A stretch of DNA of 64,000 bases from Felis catus (GCF_018350175.1 NC_058368.1:93994001-94058000), one strand, 5' to 3'; shown: positions 26,828 through 39,750, counted from the first letter of the stretch. A program made the numbers and translations. Notes: generated by a model not told the origin, from the sequence alone.

Positions 26828-27754
26828 CTTAAGGAGAAGAAAGAAAGAGATAACAGATTTTGAGGGACCAGGGTACAACGGAACACATGACGAACCTAAA
26901 GAGAAGCAGGCAGTCCCAGGCTGCCCTTTGTGGGACATTAATTTGACTACACATGAGAAAAAATTATCCCGGCACCTAAAACTAGTGTCTGACACACAGA
27001 GGAAGTTAAATAAACACTTGTTAAGTTTGGTGACTATATGACCAAATTAGGCATGAAAGGATCATCCAAGTCACTAAATGAAATTCAAAATTAATCCATG
27101 GCCTCTTGGGTTTTTTAAATAATGTTTTCAAGTGCATATTCTTTGACTCAAAAGTGATGAAATGAAATTAACCAGCTATTCAACTCTGTAGTCACTTAAC
27201 TTTCTGGGTCAGCTTCCACATTTAAAAACAAGAAACTGAATCCATGATATCTAAGATCCTCTAGTTTGATTCTAATAGTAGTCAGAAATTATGTCTTTCA
27301 ATATTTGATTGTCAAATGGGGAGGTAAGCTGTCTTAGTCAAAATCCTCGGTGACAAAGTACTTTCCTCAGCTCCCGTAAGAAAAACAAGTCCACTAAAAT
27401 CTGAAAAAAATATGTGGGTGGTTCAATATGAAGTTTAAAAGAGACATCTGAAGTATCCTTTCATGATGGATTACTTCCCATGGTAATTTAATTTTTTAAA
27501 CATTTTTTTCAGATGTACTAAATGTTCTGACGCGGTCTTGTTCTTCCCACACGTGGATTAAAACGGACAACAGGCACATGCCGTAAAAGCCTGTACGCAA
27601 CGTATTAAGACAATACAACCACCAAAGTATTTCAGTTGCCCGAGTTCAATGCCAAACATTTTACCAGTTATCATAACAAAAATTATCACACAGACCTTTG
27701 GTATTTCTACACGGTGTTTGCAAAAAATTTCAACAGTGAGTCATTTCAGGCACA

Positions 27755-28265
27755 TGTGCAGAAAAGAGTTAACATAGCTGGCAGAGACTGGTTATCCTCA
27801 GAAAGAGCCAGCTGCTTGCTAAGGGACAGCCCTCAGCTGACACCTGAGACCTCGTCTGGTGAAGAGTTCAGAAAACCCTCCTTAAATGATAAGAGTGGCT
27901 TTCTGTTTGTATTGATAATATAGTTTATGCTGAATACCTGCTTTCCTTCTGAGAGCCTGGAATTTGGGGTATTTCCGCAAAGGGTGCCTATGTGACTAGC
28001 CTCCAAGAAAACCCCTGGGCTCTGAGTCTCTAATGGGGTTCCCTGGGCAGAAAACTGCTGTGTGTGACCTCTTACGACAAGGAGACAGCGAAAAAAGCCT
28101 GCAAAGATTCCTCTCGACCCCACCTGTGCCTCCCCCCCCTTAGGATCCAGCTGCACACCCTTCATTACGTCACCGCAATACATCTTAGCCATGATTATAA
28201 TGGTATGCTGACTCACCTCCAGACATGGGGGGGAGGCCGGCTCGGGGTGGGGGAATGCTGACACA
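27755..28265 (+). mobile_element. MER21-like ERV solo LTR in FEM1C intron 2 (antisense to the gene)
   Basis: Starts tgtgcagaaaagagttaacatagc and ends ...ctgacaca (TG...CA). The family name is from my recollection of the MER21 consensus. Confidence 0.72.
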
Positions 28266-28736
28266 GCAGGTGTACTAAACACTGGTTTAAACTTGAATAC
28301 TTCACATAACAGATCTATTAACTAAAATTCCAAAAAGCAAGTTATGACACATTAGGACTTTAATCTTTCCACAGGCTTATCCTGTTTATTCTTCCATGAT
28401 ACCTACAGGAATTACATGATTATCTGCACATATTTATTCTGACTCAAGATTTCAAAGGTCCACAATGGAATGGTGTCTGATGGCATGTTTTAGCAATGTG
28501 TATATAACCAAGCACTCAGAGAGCCCAGAGGTTCTGACTACTAACGTTCATTTGTTCAAAATAATTTCCATTAAAAAACACAGCTACTACTAAATGTATT
28601 TTTAAAACTTTTAAAATTAAAAATCCCTAATAGTACTTTTTTCCTCTAAGAAAGAGACAATATAAGGGAAATATAAGGTTTCAATGGCATTCTTCTCCAT
28701 TCAGAGTCATATAAAATCAAGAATAAGAATGCAAGA

Positions 28737-28943
28737 GGGGCACCAGGTGGCTCAGTCAGTTAAGCATCCAACTCTTGGTTTAGGCTCAGGTCATGGTCTC
28801 TCGGTTTCGTGAGTTCAGGTGCTGTGTTGGGCTCCCTGTGGACAGCCCACAGCCTGCTTGGGATTCTCTGTCTCCTTCTCTCTCTGCCCCTCCCCTACTC
28901 GTGCCATATGTGTCTCTCTCAAAATAAATAAACTTAAAAAAAA
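28737..28943 (+). mobile_element. CAN-SINE
   Basis: TSD aatgcaagag. Confidence 0.9.
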
Positions 28944-30767
28944 TAAACAATGCAAGAGAAGTCATTTTCTTTTTTTTTTTTTGTCTGAATTGACTTAGAA
29001 TTTTACTGTGTTCTTTTAAAACATATTGACATATTCTTGATCAGAATTTCAGATTGTGAGAAGTCATTTTCTTAATTAACTGAATTGCTGTACTGAAATA
29101 CACCATAGACTGAAAAAGATGACTTTTAAAAATAAAAAACATACAGAAGAGTTTCACATGTAGTAATGGCAGAGTATGATCAATCTTCCCGGTAAGAACT
29201 AGAAAAGCTGAAAAATTTATTTTTAAAAATCTGTTTGATTTAACAAAGAGCTAAAAAGTGGACAACATCCGGGAGCAGAAAGAAAATTAGACAAGTCCAG
29301 GATTTGGGGAAGCTTCCCCCAGTGGCCTCTACCAATTCTGGAAGCAGCAGCTAGTAAAAAACTGAGTGGAGCTTCTGACAACTTGGCAGAGCCAGGGGAG
29401 AAAACCAGAGTCCAGAACCCACTAAGAAGGGAACTTTGAACTGCTCCCTGCACCCCCTCCCCCCTCACCGTACACTCTGAGTCATAGCTCTGAAGGGCTG
29501 CACCCTAGCAGTTAAGGCAAACTGCAAACAAACCAGGTACTGGAGGAACCTAAATCCAATTTAAGATCGTGTTGATACTGAATTAAGGAAATTCGGGATT
29601 GCTAGTTAAACTAGTCAAAAGCCAGAAGCAAATACAAATAGTAATTAGAGAAGATATTGTCTATTTGCTATAGCTCAAATTATTTTTTTTATACTCTTTA
29701 TATATAATGTTAAGTATCCAATCAAAGGAACTGCAACACAAAACCAAGACAAATAAGAGCTGATAGGCCCAACAGAAGATCCAGATAATACAGTTATCAG
29801 ACACAGACCTCAGAGTAATAATTATGCTTCGCAAAGTATGAGAGATTAAAAAACATTTCTGAGAATTAGAAAAGTGGAAACTACAAAAAAGGAACAAAAC
29901 GGATGTTCTAGAACTGAAAACCTCAGTGGGTGGCTTTAAAAGCAGATTACATACAGCTGAAGAGAGACTGAGGGACTGGACAATAAGTGAGGTGAAAATA
30001 TACAGAAAGCAGCATGGAGGGGACAGGCTGGCAAAGCAAGGACAGTGGAGACGATGTCAGAGGGTTAACAACCTAAAAGCCAGAATTCTAGAGGAAGAAA
30101 ATGGGCCCAAAGCAATACTTAAACAGCTAAAGTCTGAGAATTTCCTGAAGCTGATGAAGTACTAACCACAAATTTAGGAAGTCTTACAAATACCAAGACA
30201 GAGAAATATGAAGAATATCACCTCCCGGCTCACTACAGCAAAACTGCCCAGTGCGAAGGCAAAGAGAGAAACGTTACAACCAGAGCACAGGTGGAAACCA
30301 CCTGCAAAAGAGCCGCTAGGCTGAGAGCCAAGCCCTCCTGGGGAATAGGAACTTGGGAGTCAACAGAATGGTATCTTAAAAGCACTGAAGGAAGGGAAGC
30401 GCCAACTCGAATTTTACACCCACACCAAGAATAAATGTGAAATGAAGCACTCAGGCAAGAACGAAAAGAGAAAAACCAAGGTACTTATGACCAGCAGACC
30501 TAAATACTACGGGGTGTTCTCTCTAGGCAAAAGAAAGATGAGCCACATGGAAGCATCGAGATATGGACAGAAGCATCAATAAAAGGGATAAATACGTAAG
30601 AAATAGAGACTTTGGAAAGAACAGTGCTTTGTAGGGCTTGAAATGCATACAGAGCAATGAAATGCTTCACAGCAACAGCATAAAAGGAGGGTAAGCGGAG
30701 TTCAACTATTCTAAACATGTTTGCAAGGCTCGGACAGAGGTAAAATCAGAAATTTATGTTATTCCTT

Positions 30768-31657
30768 GAATAGACACTTTTCTAAAGGCATCAAGATGGC
30801 TAACAGACACATGAAAAAAAGCTCGACATCACTCATCATCAGAGAAATACAAATCAAAACCACACTGAGATACCACATCACATCTGTGAGAATGGCTAGT
30901 ATCAAAAAGACAAGAAATAACAAGCTTCGGTGAAAAAAAGGAACTCTCGTGGACTGTTTGGTGGGAATGTAAATTGGTGCAGCCACTGTGGAAAACAGGA
31001 TGGAGGTTCCTCAAAAAATTAAAAACAGAACTACCCTACGACCCAGCAATTGTACTACTAGGTATTCATCCAAGGGATACAGGTGTGATGTTTCGAAGGG
31101 GCATATGCACCCCCATGTTTATAGCAGCACTACTGACAATAGCCAAAGCATGGGAAGAGCCCAAATGTCCATCGATGGATGAATGGATAAAAATGCAGTG
31201 TATATATATTCAATGGAGTTATTACTTAGCAATCATAAAGAATGAAATCTTGCCATTTGCAGCTACGTGGATGGAACTAGAGGGTATTATGCTAAGGGAA
31301 ATTAGTCAGAGAAAGACAAATAGCATAGGACTTCACTCATATGTGGAATTTAAGATACAAAACAGATGAACATAAGGGAAAGAGAAGCAAAAATAATATA
31401 AATACAGGGAGGAGGACAAAACAGAAGAGACTCTTAAATATAGAGAACAAACTAAGGTTTGCTGGAGGGGTTGTGGGGGGGCCCATGAGCTAAATGGGCA
31501 AGGGGCATTAAGGAGGACACTTGTTGGGATGAACACTGGGTGTTATACGTTAATGGATGAATCACTGGATTCTACTCCTGAAATCATTATTGCACAATGT
31601 GCTAACCAACTTGGATGTAAATTTGAAAAATGAAAAAAGAAATAAATAAAATAAAAA
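30768..31657 (+). mobile_element. 5'-truncated carnivore L1 (ORF2 C-terminus + 3'UTR + A-rich tail)
   Basis: Translations [28 protein letters not shown] and [28 protein letters not shown]; perfect 20-bp TSD at 30748-30767 and 31658-31677. Confidence 0.95.
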
Positions 31658-32095
31658 AGAAATTTATGTTATTCCTTTGGTAAGTCAAGGTAGTACAGTA
31701 ATCCATAAAATAACAGCGGATATGCAGCATGTCATTATTATGTAGTCTCTAATATAGAGAAAGAAAATGAAGTAAGAAAAAAAGAATTCAGACAAAAAAA
31801 TGAGAAACAAAGAACACAAACCAGATAGGACAAATAAAAATCAGAAAATAGAGATTAAAATCCAAATATGTTAGTAATTACATTAAAAGCAAGCAAACGA
31901 AATGTTCCCATTAAAAGACATAAAATGTCAGACTGAAAATACAAATACATGAAACTCAACTACATGCTGCTTACAGGAGACACAACCTTCAATACAAGGG
32001 CAGAAAAAGGCTAAAGAGGAAAAAAAGGGAAAAAAATGTATACCCTATGCAAAAAGTAACTATAAGGAAGCTGTGTGATATTAAAATACAGGACT

Positions 32096-32300
32096 GGGGT
32101 GCCTGCTCAGTCAGTTAAGCAGCCGACTTTGGCTCAGGTTGTGATCTCGCGGTTCATTGAGTTCGAGCCCTGCATCAGGTTCTGTGCTGAAAGCTCAGAG
32201 CCTGGAGCTTTCTTCTGAATCTGTGACTCCCTCTCTCTCTGCCCTTCTACCACTCACACTCTCTCAAAAAATAAATAAATGTTAAAAAAATAAATAAAAT
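32096..32300 (+). mobile_element. CAN-SINE
   Basis: SINE within the old L1; flanking aggact duplication. Confidence 0.9.
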
Positions 32301-32781
32301 AAAGGACTAAGTAGATGCTAACTAAGCAGACGTTAAGGCAAAAAGCATGGCTAATTAGAGATAAAGGGAAATATTTTATAAGGATATAAAATTCAAAACA
32401 ACATAAAGATACTGTAATTCTAAACTTCTTTTGAGTTAAGAACATAGGTTTGAATTATATAGAGCAAAGAATCAACAGAACTCCAAGGAGAATCGGGCAA
32501 ATGCACAATCGGGCAAGTACACCTGAACACACTTCTCAGTCAGTACAGAAGACCAAAACCGGTAAGGATATAGAAGATTTTGAACACAATTAACAAACAT
32601 GATTTAACAGACATACATAAATGAACACTGGACTCAACACCTGTAGAATACCATTTTCTTCCAAGGATATAGGGAAAAATAGAAATACCAACCACATTCT
32701 GGCCATAAAGAGAGTCACACAGAAATGTCAAGGGACTGATATCCCTGATTATGTTCTAAGTTCACAATGCAAGTTAGATAT

Positions 32782-32784
<3 letters not shown>

Positions 32785-32818
<34 letters not shown>
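32785..32818. repeat. (CA)n microsatellite
   Basis: Direct reading. Confidence 0.95.
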
Positions 32819-32820
<2 letters not shown>

Positions 32821-33711
32821 CAACACCAACAAAACGCTAGAAAAATCTCCATGTATTTGAAATTTTAAATATATACTTCTAAATAACCTACAGATCAAGG
32901 AAGAAATCCCAATGGAAAAACTGAAAATATTTGTAACTGGATGAGAACAAAAACCTTAAGTAATTGATCTGGTGGGATATGGCTGAAATTGTGCTCAAAG
33001 GTACATGTTAGAAAAGAAGAAAGGCTTTAAAAAGATGGCCACACTTCCATCTCAAGAAAGTAAAGGAGAAAAACAGTAAATTAAACCCAGAGAAAGCAGA
33101 AGCAAATAATAAAAAGCAGACATCAGAGAAGAAAACAGTATCCATACAGCAGCACAGCATTTTTTATTTTCCTAAATGTTATGTATCAACTGTTGCCCCC
33201 TTGTCATCTTACATCCATAACTATGCAGGCAGAGAAAACACTTATTCTACAAATAGAAAACAGAGACATTAGTAATAGAACACACACCCATGCCGCCCAA
33301 TCACCACCGTAGTGCTCTGCTCATTCCTGGGGTCATATTTTAAATGCTAGTCGTCCTCAAATCTGATGAGTAAGTTTTATCTAATACAAGCCAAACCTCC
33401 TAACGAAACTCCACTGATCATGTTACTTTCCAACTCAACACCCTTCATGCCTCCTCTAAAGAAACAGCTGAAAATCTTTAAGATGGCTTGAAGAATCCCA
33501 CAGCACTGATTCTCAAGGCACTATCTGTGCAGGGTGGGAGGACAACAAGGAAGAAATCCATAGTTTTAGAAAAAACATGTGAAGTAAAGCTGAATCTTGG
33601 TTAGTGGTAACACACGTAAGACACACTATGAGGAGTGGATTTTACCCTACCCTACTTCTCCAGCCTCATTTATCAGCACGTCCAATACGAATGCTGCACT
33701 GTGAATCTTGC

Positions 33712-34040
33712 CAGGAGCTGGCAAACTTCTTCTATAAAGGGCTCGACAGTTATTTTTAGGTTTTACAAGCTGTAAGGTCTCTGTTGTAGCCACTCGACTC
33801 TGCCATGTCAAGAAGTATCCAGGGACCATACGTTACATGAATGGGGACGGCTGGTTTCCAACAAAAATGTACTTATGGGCACTGAAATATGACTTTCATG
33901 GCATTGTCATGAGTCATAAAAAATTCTTCTTCATTAAATTTGTTTCCAACCATTAAAAGGTAAAACATCTTAGCTCTCAGGCAGTGCAAAAACAGGAGGT
34001 GGGCAGGATTTGACCCCCGGGCCATAGTTGGTCAACACTC
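33712..34040 (+). mobile_element. MER58-like hAT-Charlie DNA transposon
   Basis: caggagctggcaaactt...aaagggc...gggcaggatttgaccccc...gccatagttggtcaac termini. Confidence 0.75.
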
Positions 34041-34534
34041 TCATTCAAAAGACATTATCAATCATTCACATGGCAGAGACCCCACTTCTGCTTCCTGTCA
34101 CTCTGTCCTAAGTGTCCCTCCCAGCACGGGGGACAATCCCACTCGTGTCCACGCGTTGGCTTTTCATTTCCCTGTAATACACTCTTCCTTCTTTACCATT
34201 TTAACTTCTTGTCCTTCAAGTTTCAACAGAAACTTCAGCTGCCCAAAGAGGCCATCTTGTTTATACCACATCGATTTGTCATTTTGAGAATGCCTAGTGA
34301 ATAAATGTATCACTTATCCTGGTAGGTAACCCTACTACATGGGCTATTAGAATATTATGTCATATCTTCTAATAGTACAGTATTACTGCCACACAAACCG
34401 GTTTTCTTACCTTAACAGTCTATTCCTAAAGTATACAGACCCCATGTAATATTTCCTTTGTATCCCAGCTAGCAGTTAGCACACTGCTAAGGCTAAGGTA
34501 AGATTCTTAAATTTTTGAAAAATGTTTATTTATT

Positions 34535-34738
34535 GGGGCTCCTGGGTGGCTCAGTTGTTAAGCATCCAACTTTGGCTCAGGTCACCATCTCGCAGTTGGT
34601 GGGTTCAAGCCCTGCGTCGAGCTCTGTGATGACAGCTCAGAGCCTGGAGCCTGCTTCAGATTCTGTGTCTCCTTCTCTCTCTACCCCTCCCCCGCTCACA
34701 CTCTATCCCTCTTAAAAATAAACGAACATTTAAAAAAT
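34535..34738 (+). mobile_element. CAN-SINE nested in the tail of an opposite-strand SINE
   Basis: Full SINE flanked by aaaaat(g/a)tttatt. Confidence 0.9.
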
Positions 34739-34976
34739 ATTTATTATTTATTTTGGGATAGAGAGTGCACAAGTGGGGGAAAGGGAAGGGAGGAAGGAGG
34801 GAAGGGAGGAAGGAGGGAAGGGAGGAAGGAGGGAAGGGGAGAGGGGGAGAGGATCTTAAGCAACTCCACACTCAGCGTGGAGCCCAACACGGGGCTCAAT
34901 CCCATGACCCTGGGGCCATGACCTGAGCCAGAATTAAGAGTTGAACATTTAACTGACTGAGCCACCCAGGCGCCCC
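34739..34976 (-). mobile_element. CAN-SINE (host element; tail continues at 34512-34534)
   Basis: TSD aagattcttaaattttt at 34500-34516 and 34978-34994; (GGAA/GGAG)n expansion. Confidence 0.9.
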
Positions 34977-35479
34977 AAAGATTCTTAAATTTTTAATAGC
35001 TGGTATCACAAAAAGTGATTCAAACTTGGGATAAAGTAAGCTTAAAAAGTAAAATCTCAGGAGAGAAATCTTAATTACTCTAACAAGTTATGTATATGAC
35101 CACCACAGCTTCATGTCCTAAAAGCCCTGAAAAAATGTTTCTGAATTATAGTCTAGACCTTGACTCAAAAGTTTAGAAAAGGGAGGCAAAAAAAAAAAAA
35201 GCGTAATTTTAAAGCAACTATAATTTTTGTCTGAAGTCTCCAAGTCTTTCTACATAGATGTTTTGATAAAGTTCTAATCAGTCTATTTACAACTGTTTCC
35301 TGCTTTTCTCCTACATCTGTCATTTTGTCACGACGGGCTACCAGTAGGTACATGGTCCACATGAACTCCATGGATACTACGCGATCATTATTAATGGCTC
35401 TATGGTGAGTTCAAGCAAGGAGGCATGAACCAAGTTAACACAAACACCTCCCGTCAATGGATGTCTGCAGAGCTTCAGG

Positions 35480-35720
35480 ATTTTCACTATTACAATTAGT
35501 GCCTAAAAGCCTGTAAGGACAGATAACAGACCAGTGACTGCCAGGGGCCAGACTGAGAGGGGCTAACTGCAAAGGGGCATGAAGGAACCCTTGTTCTACC
35601 TTTACTATACTGGTGGGCAAGCTACAGTGTATGTGTATCAAAACTTACGGAACTATTTGCTAAAAAAGATGAGTTTTATTGTATAAAATTATACCTCGAT
35701 AACTAAATGACAAAAAAAGT
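35480..35720 (+). mobile_element. Old L1 3' end
   Basis: cagtgactgccagggg...actgcaaaggggcatgaaggaac...tcaaaactt...aattatacctc. Confidence 0.7.
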
Positions 35721-35823
35721 AATGTCTAATTTAAAATAGAATCACAAATGTGTGAAAGCTTAAAATACATCTTTAATTCATTCCAAAGTAATTAGACAAT
35801 CTTTTAAAAGTTCTACTTTTATA

Positions 35824-36010
35824 GGAGGCGCCTGGGTGGCTCAGTTGGTTAAGCGTCTGACTTCGGCTCAGGATATGATCTCACGGTTTGTGGGTTCGAG
35901 CCTCAGGTCAGGCTCTGTGCTGACAGCTCACAGCCTGGAGCCTGCTTCAGATTCTGTCTCTCTCTCGCTCTCTCTCTCTCTCTCTCAAAAATAAACATTG
36001 AAAAAAAAAA
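35824..36010 (+). mobile_element. CAN-SINE
   Basis: TSD taaaagttc(t/c)acttttatag. Confidence 0.92.
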
Positions 36011-36537
36011 CTTTTTTTTTTTAATAAAATAAAAGTTCCACTTTTATAGTATTCTTTCTGGTACTAGAATGAATTTTCGAATTTTGATTTATATTACTTC
36101 TATACCTAGAGACACAGAGCATTTTCCCATGTCTGTTCACAAACTTTATTTTCTTTTATGACAAGTCTATTTATGTTCCAGTTTCTGGGACTATTAGTCT
36201 GACTTTCTCTATGCATTTTATAAAATGTTGATCAGTTATCTACTATATTTATGGTATATATCTTGCTCTATTGTTTCGTTCGAGAGAGATGCTTTTAGTA
36301 TTAAACGCAAGTTCTTGTGAAAAATATCTAACAAGTTGAATTTAAAAATCAAGTTAACTATGTCCTAATGACTAACCTCTGCTAAATTATACATCAAAGA
36401 CCAATAAAATTGTATTTAATTTTTGCTAGGTTTATTAATGACTTAAACTCTTGGTGTATAACATCATGTGCCAAGCACTACTAAGTATTCAACTGAAGCA
36501 TTTTCCCTGGGTTATGTGCCTCTTAAAAGTGTTTCCA

Positions 36538-36741
36538 GGGACATCTGGATGGCTCAGTCGATTACACATCTGATCTTGATTTCAGCTTCGGTCAGGATCT
36601 CACGGTTTGTGAGTTCAAGCCCTGAGTCGAGCTCCATGCTGACAGTGTGCAGTATGCAGCCTGCTTGGGAATTCTCTCCCCCCCCCCCCCCGCCCCATTC
36701 ATGCACACATGCTCTCTCTCAAAAATAAACTTAAAAAAAAA
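36538..36741 (+). mobile_element. CAN-SINE
   Basis: SINE head to A tail. Confidence 0.88.
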
Positions 36742-37254
36742 TGCTTCCATAATACACAAGATTCGCGATCTCTACCTCATAAGGTCTTAATTTTGTGTCC
36801 TCAGAGTAAGAAAGCCAATTAAAAATAGAACACAAGGTTCAAAAATAAATACTAATATTACCAGGCACCTTAGATGAAATTAGGGATATTTAGCATTGAA
36901 ATTTAATTTACCTTTAACTAAAGAAAAAAAAAAAAAGAAAGAATATAAACATTGTATTATATAATTCTCAATGCCTGACTCAGAACATATTCATTTGAAG
37001 AAAAAATAAAACTTCTGACACTGAATTCATTATGGAAAATGCTTATGATTTCTCAAAAGGCATGTCTGTTAAAAGGCCATTTCTTAAAAATCAAGCTAAC
37101 GGTCCAAGTGTTAATTCAGTTAAAGTATTTATGCAGAAAGCTAACACAGTATGATCTTAAATATATTACTTTTCAACCCTATAACTGAACATAGAAACAG
37201 TGCGAAGAATCTGGAAGAATAAAAGGTAGCCCTACTCGTTGAGAGGCTTCTGGG

Positions 37255-37500
37255 ATGGACACTAAGGGAAGGAGACGGAGGTGCGCACACTTGGTCACCA
37301 AAGGGAGGTGGGCTCGGGGGATGGGTGAAATAGGTGATGGGGACTGAGGGGCACACTTGCCGTGAGGAGCACCGGGGCGGGGTAATGTGTGGAAGCGCTG
37401 AATCACTATTATGTTGTACACCCGACACTAACGTAACACTGTATGTTAGCTATACTGGAATTAAAATAAAAACTTAATTAAACAAAAAACAAACAAAAAT
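37255..37500 (+). mobile_element. Carnivore L1 3' end
   Basis: ggggatgggtgaaataggtgatgggga...gaatcactat...tgtacacc...ctatactggaattaaaataaaa. Confidence 0.8.
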
Positions 37501-38084
37501 CATGGCAGTATTTCTCAAGAATACCTTTCTACAAGCGCCAATCTTGGCTGCTGTTAATTCTAGAGACCTGTAATCTTGTGATAGCAGGCACATGAGACTA
37601 CACTCCACTGTGAAAGCTGAGGTGCCTACCGAAGGGGTCAAGATTTTCCTAAAAAAAGTAATCCAAAAACAAACTAGTATTTTGAGTAATAACTAGTTGG
37701 AGCCCTAACAGTTCCCTGGCTCCACACCAGATGTTTTGGGCTTGACTAAACAATAAATAAGTGATTGTCTGCATGAGATTGTTACCAATCAACTAACGAC
37801 TTAAATCATACAAGAACTTCAACGCAGAATTTATAACTATCTCCATTTGAATAAGATTACTTAGGCTCTCCAGGACCAGAATTAAGTCAGTTCCTAAACC
37901 ACTCCCAATTTCTATTTTTATTGAAACAAAAATGTTCTCGTAAGGGCTATACAATGTTTTACAAATACAAAATGTCTACTATAAACTGCTTTTTCTAACA
38001 ATATCAATTGAAGGGATTTTGCTGTTTTGTAAAGTTCTCACACAGTTCAAGTTTTGTGTGTATGTGTTTTAGTCAAATAAAGTT

Positions 38085-38210
38085 GTGCTTCTCAAGCTTT
38101 AATGTGCACAATCACCACTGGATCGCAGTAAAATGCAGATTCTGATTCAGGTGATCCAGGGTGGATCTAAGTGATGCCTACGCTGCTGGTCTTTGCTACT
38201 ATGAGCACCA
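38085..38210. mobile_element. MER5-like hAT-Charlie fragment
   Basis: gtgcttctcaagcttt...aaaatgcagattctgattcag...gatgc...gctgctggtc. Confidence 0.65.
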
Positions 38211-38332
38211 GGGAAACAGAGGAGGAATCTTATTTTCAAAACAGAAGAGAAATCTTATTTTCCTGTTTGTCATATAGGTGTCTGCCATTAAACTAACACA
38301 TCTAATAATGATATCAAGAAATACAAAGAGAA

Positions 38333-38535
38333 GGGGCACCTTGGTGGCTCAGACGGTTAAGCATCCAACTCTTGATTTCAGATCAGGTCATGATCTCACG
38401 GTTGATAGGTTCAAGCCCCGTGATGGGTTCTGCACTAGCAGCACAGAGCCTGCTTGAGAGTCTCTCTTTCCTTCTCTCTCTACACCTCCCACACTGTGCT
38501 CTCTCTCAAAATAAATAAACATTAAAAAATAAAAA
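38333..38535 (+). mobile_element. CAN-SINE (first of a head-to-tail pair)
   Basis: SINE head to tail. Confidence 0.9.
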
Positions 38536-38749
38536 GGGGAGTTCCTGGGTGGCTTAGTCGGTTCAGCATCCGACTTCAGCTCAAGTGATGATTTCACAGT
38601 TCACAAGTTCGACCTCCGCATCGGGCTCTGTGCTGACAGTTCGGAGCCTAAAGCCTGCTTCACATTCTGTCTCCCTCTCTCTCTGCCCCTCCCCCACTCG
38701 CACTTGGTCTCTGTCTCTCAAAAATAAATAAACATTAAAAAAAAAAAAA
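38536..38749 (+). mobile_element. CAN-SINE (second of the pair)
   Basis: Starts directly in the A tail of the first SINE. Confidence 0.9.
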
Positions 38750-39084
38750 GACACATGAAGAGAAGTTGAAAAGGAGGGTTAGGTCACAGCCTTATTTCAC
38801 ACCACACAGAAAAACGAGTATCTCCACTCCACCTTATGCGTGAATGAGAAAATTCTATGCCACAGCAGGAAAAGGGTGTGTTCTATGACTAGATTACACC
38901 GTTTGACCCTCAGAAACTTTCCTTTGTAATAAAGGATATCAGTAAACCCTGCAGTGTATTCTTAACAATTTTCTAGTTTAAGTCAAATCTAAGTGATCTA
39001 CAAGGTGAATATTTAAGAAATCAGTTTGTAAAATAAAATCCAAATTGCTGTGAATAATACCTATCAGAAGAGTGAAAACACCAA

Positions 39085-39268
39085 CGTAAACTGGTACAGC
39101 CACTGTGGAAACAAAAACACTAATTCAAAAAGATACATAAACCCCTATGTTTATGGCAGCACTGTTTACAACAGCCAAGATATGGAAACAACCTGAGCAT
39201 CCATCGACAGATAAACAGATAAAGACGACATGGTGCGTGTGCATCTGTGTGTATACACACGCACACAT

Positions 39269-39303
<35 letters not shown>

Positions 39304-39750
39304 GGAGTAATATTCAACTACAAAAAAGAATGAAATCTTGCCATCTGTGACAACATGGATGGGACAAAAGGGATGGTAAGTGAAATAAGTGAGACAGCAA
39401 AAGACACAGATTATATGATTTCACTTGTACGTGGAATCTAAAAAACAAAATGAACAAACCAAAACAGCAACTCATAAATATAGGTGGTTTCCAGAGGGAG
39501 GGTGCAAGGGGGGGATGGGCAAGATAGCTAAGGGGGATTAATAGGTAAACTTCCAGTTATAAAATAAGTAAGTCATGGGGATACAGAGTACAGCACAGGG
39601 AATACAGCCGATAATACTGTAGTAACATGGCGTGGTGACAAGATGGTAACCACACTCACTATGATGAACACTGCGTACATTATTACTCAAATCACTATGT
39701 TGTACACCTGAAACAAATACAATGTTCTGTCAACTATACTTCAATAAAAA
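39085..39750 (+). mobile_element. L1 3' end with embedded (CA)n (39255-39300)
   Basis: tgtttatggcagcactgtttacaacagccaagatatggaaac...aatgaaatcttgcca...tgtacacctgaaac...tcaataaaa. Confidence 0.85.

Larger units (their letters stand above)
29150..33140 (+). mobile_element. Old degenerate L1 (5'UTR/ORF1/endonuclease region) with nested younger insertions
   Basis: ORF1-like translation (29926-30165, ...SRLHTAEE...ENFLKLMK) and ORF2 endonuclease-like DNA (ccacattctggccataaag, tacttctaaataacc). Confidence 0.75.

Noticed and set aside
30974..31369. 131-aa ORF
   Set aside because: It is an L1 ORF2p C-terminal fragment in a truncated, frameshifted element.
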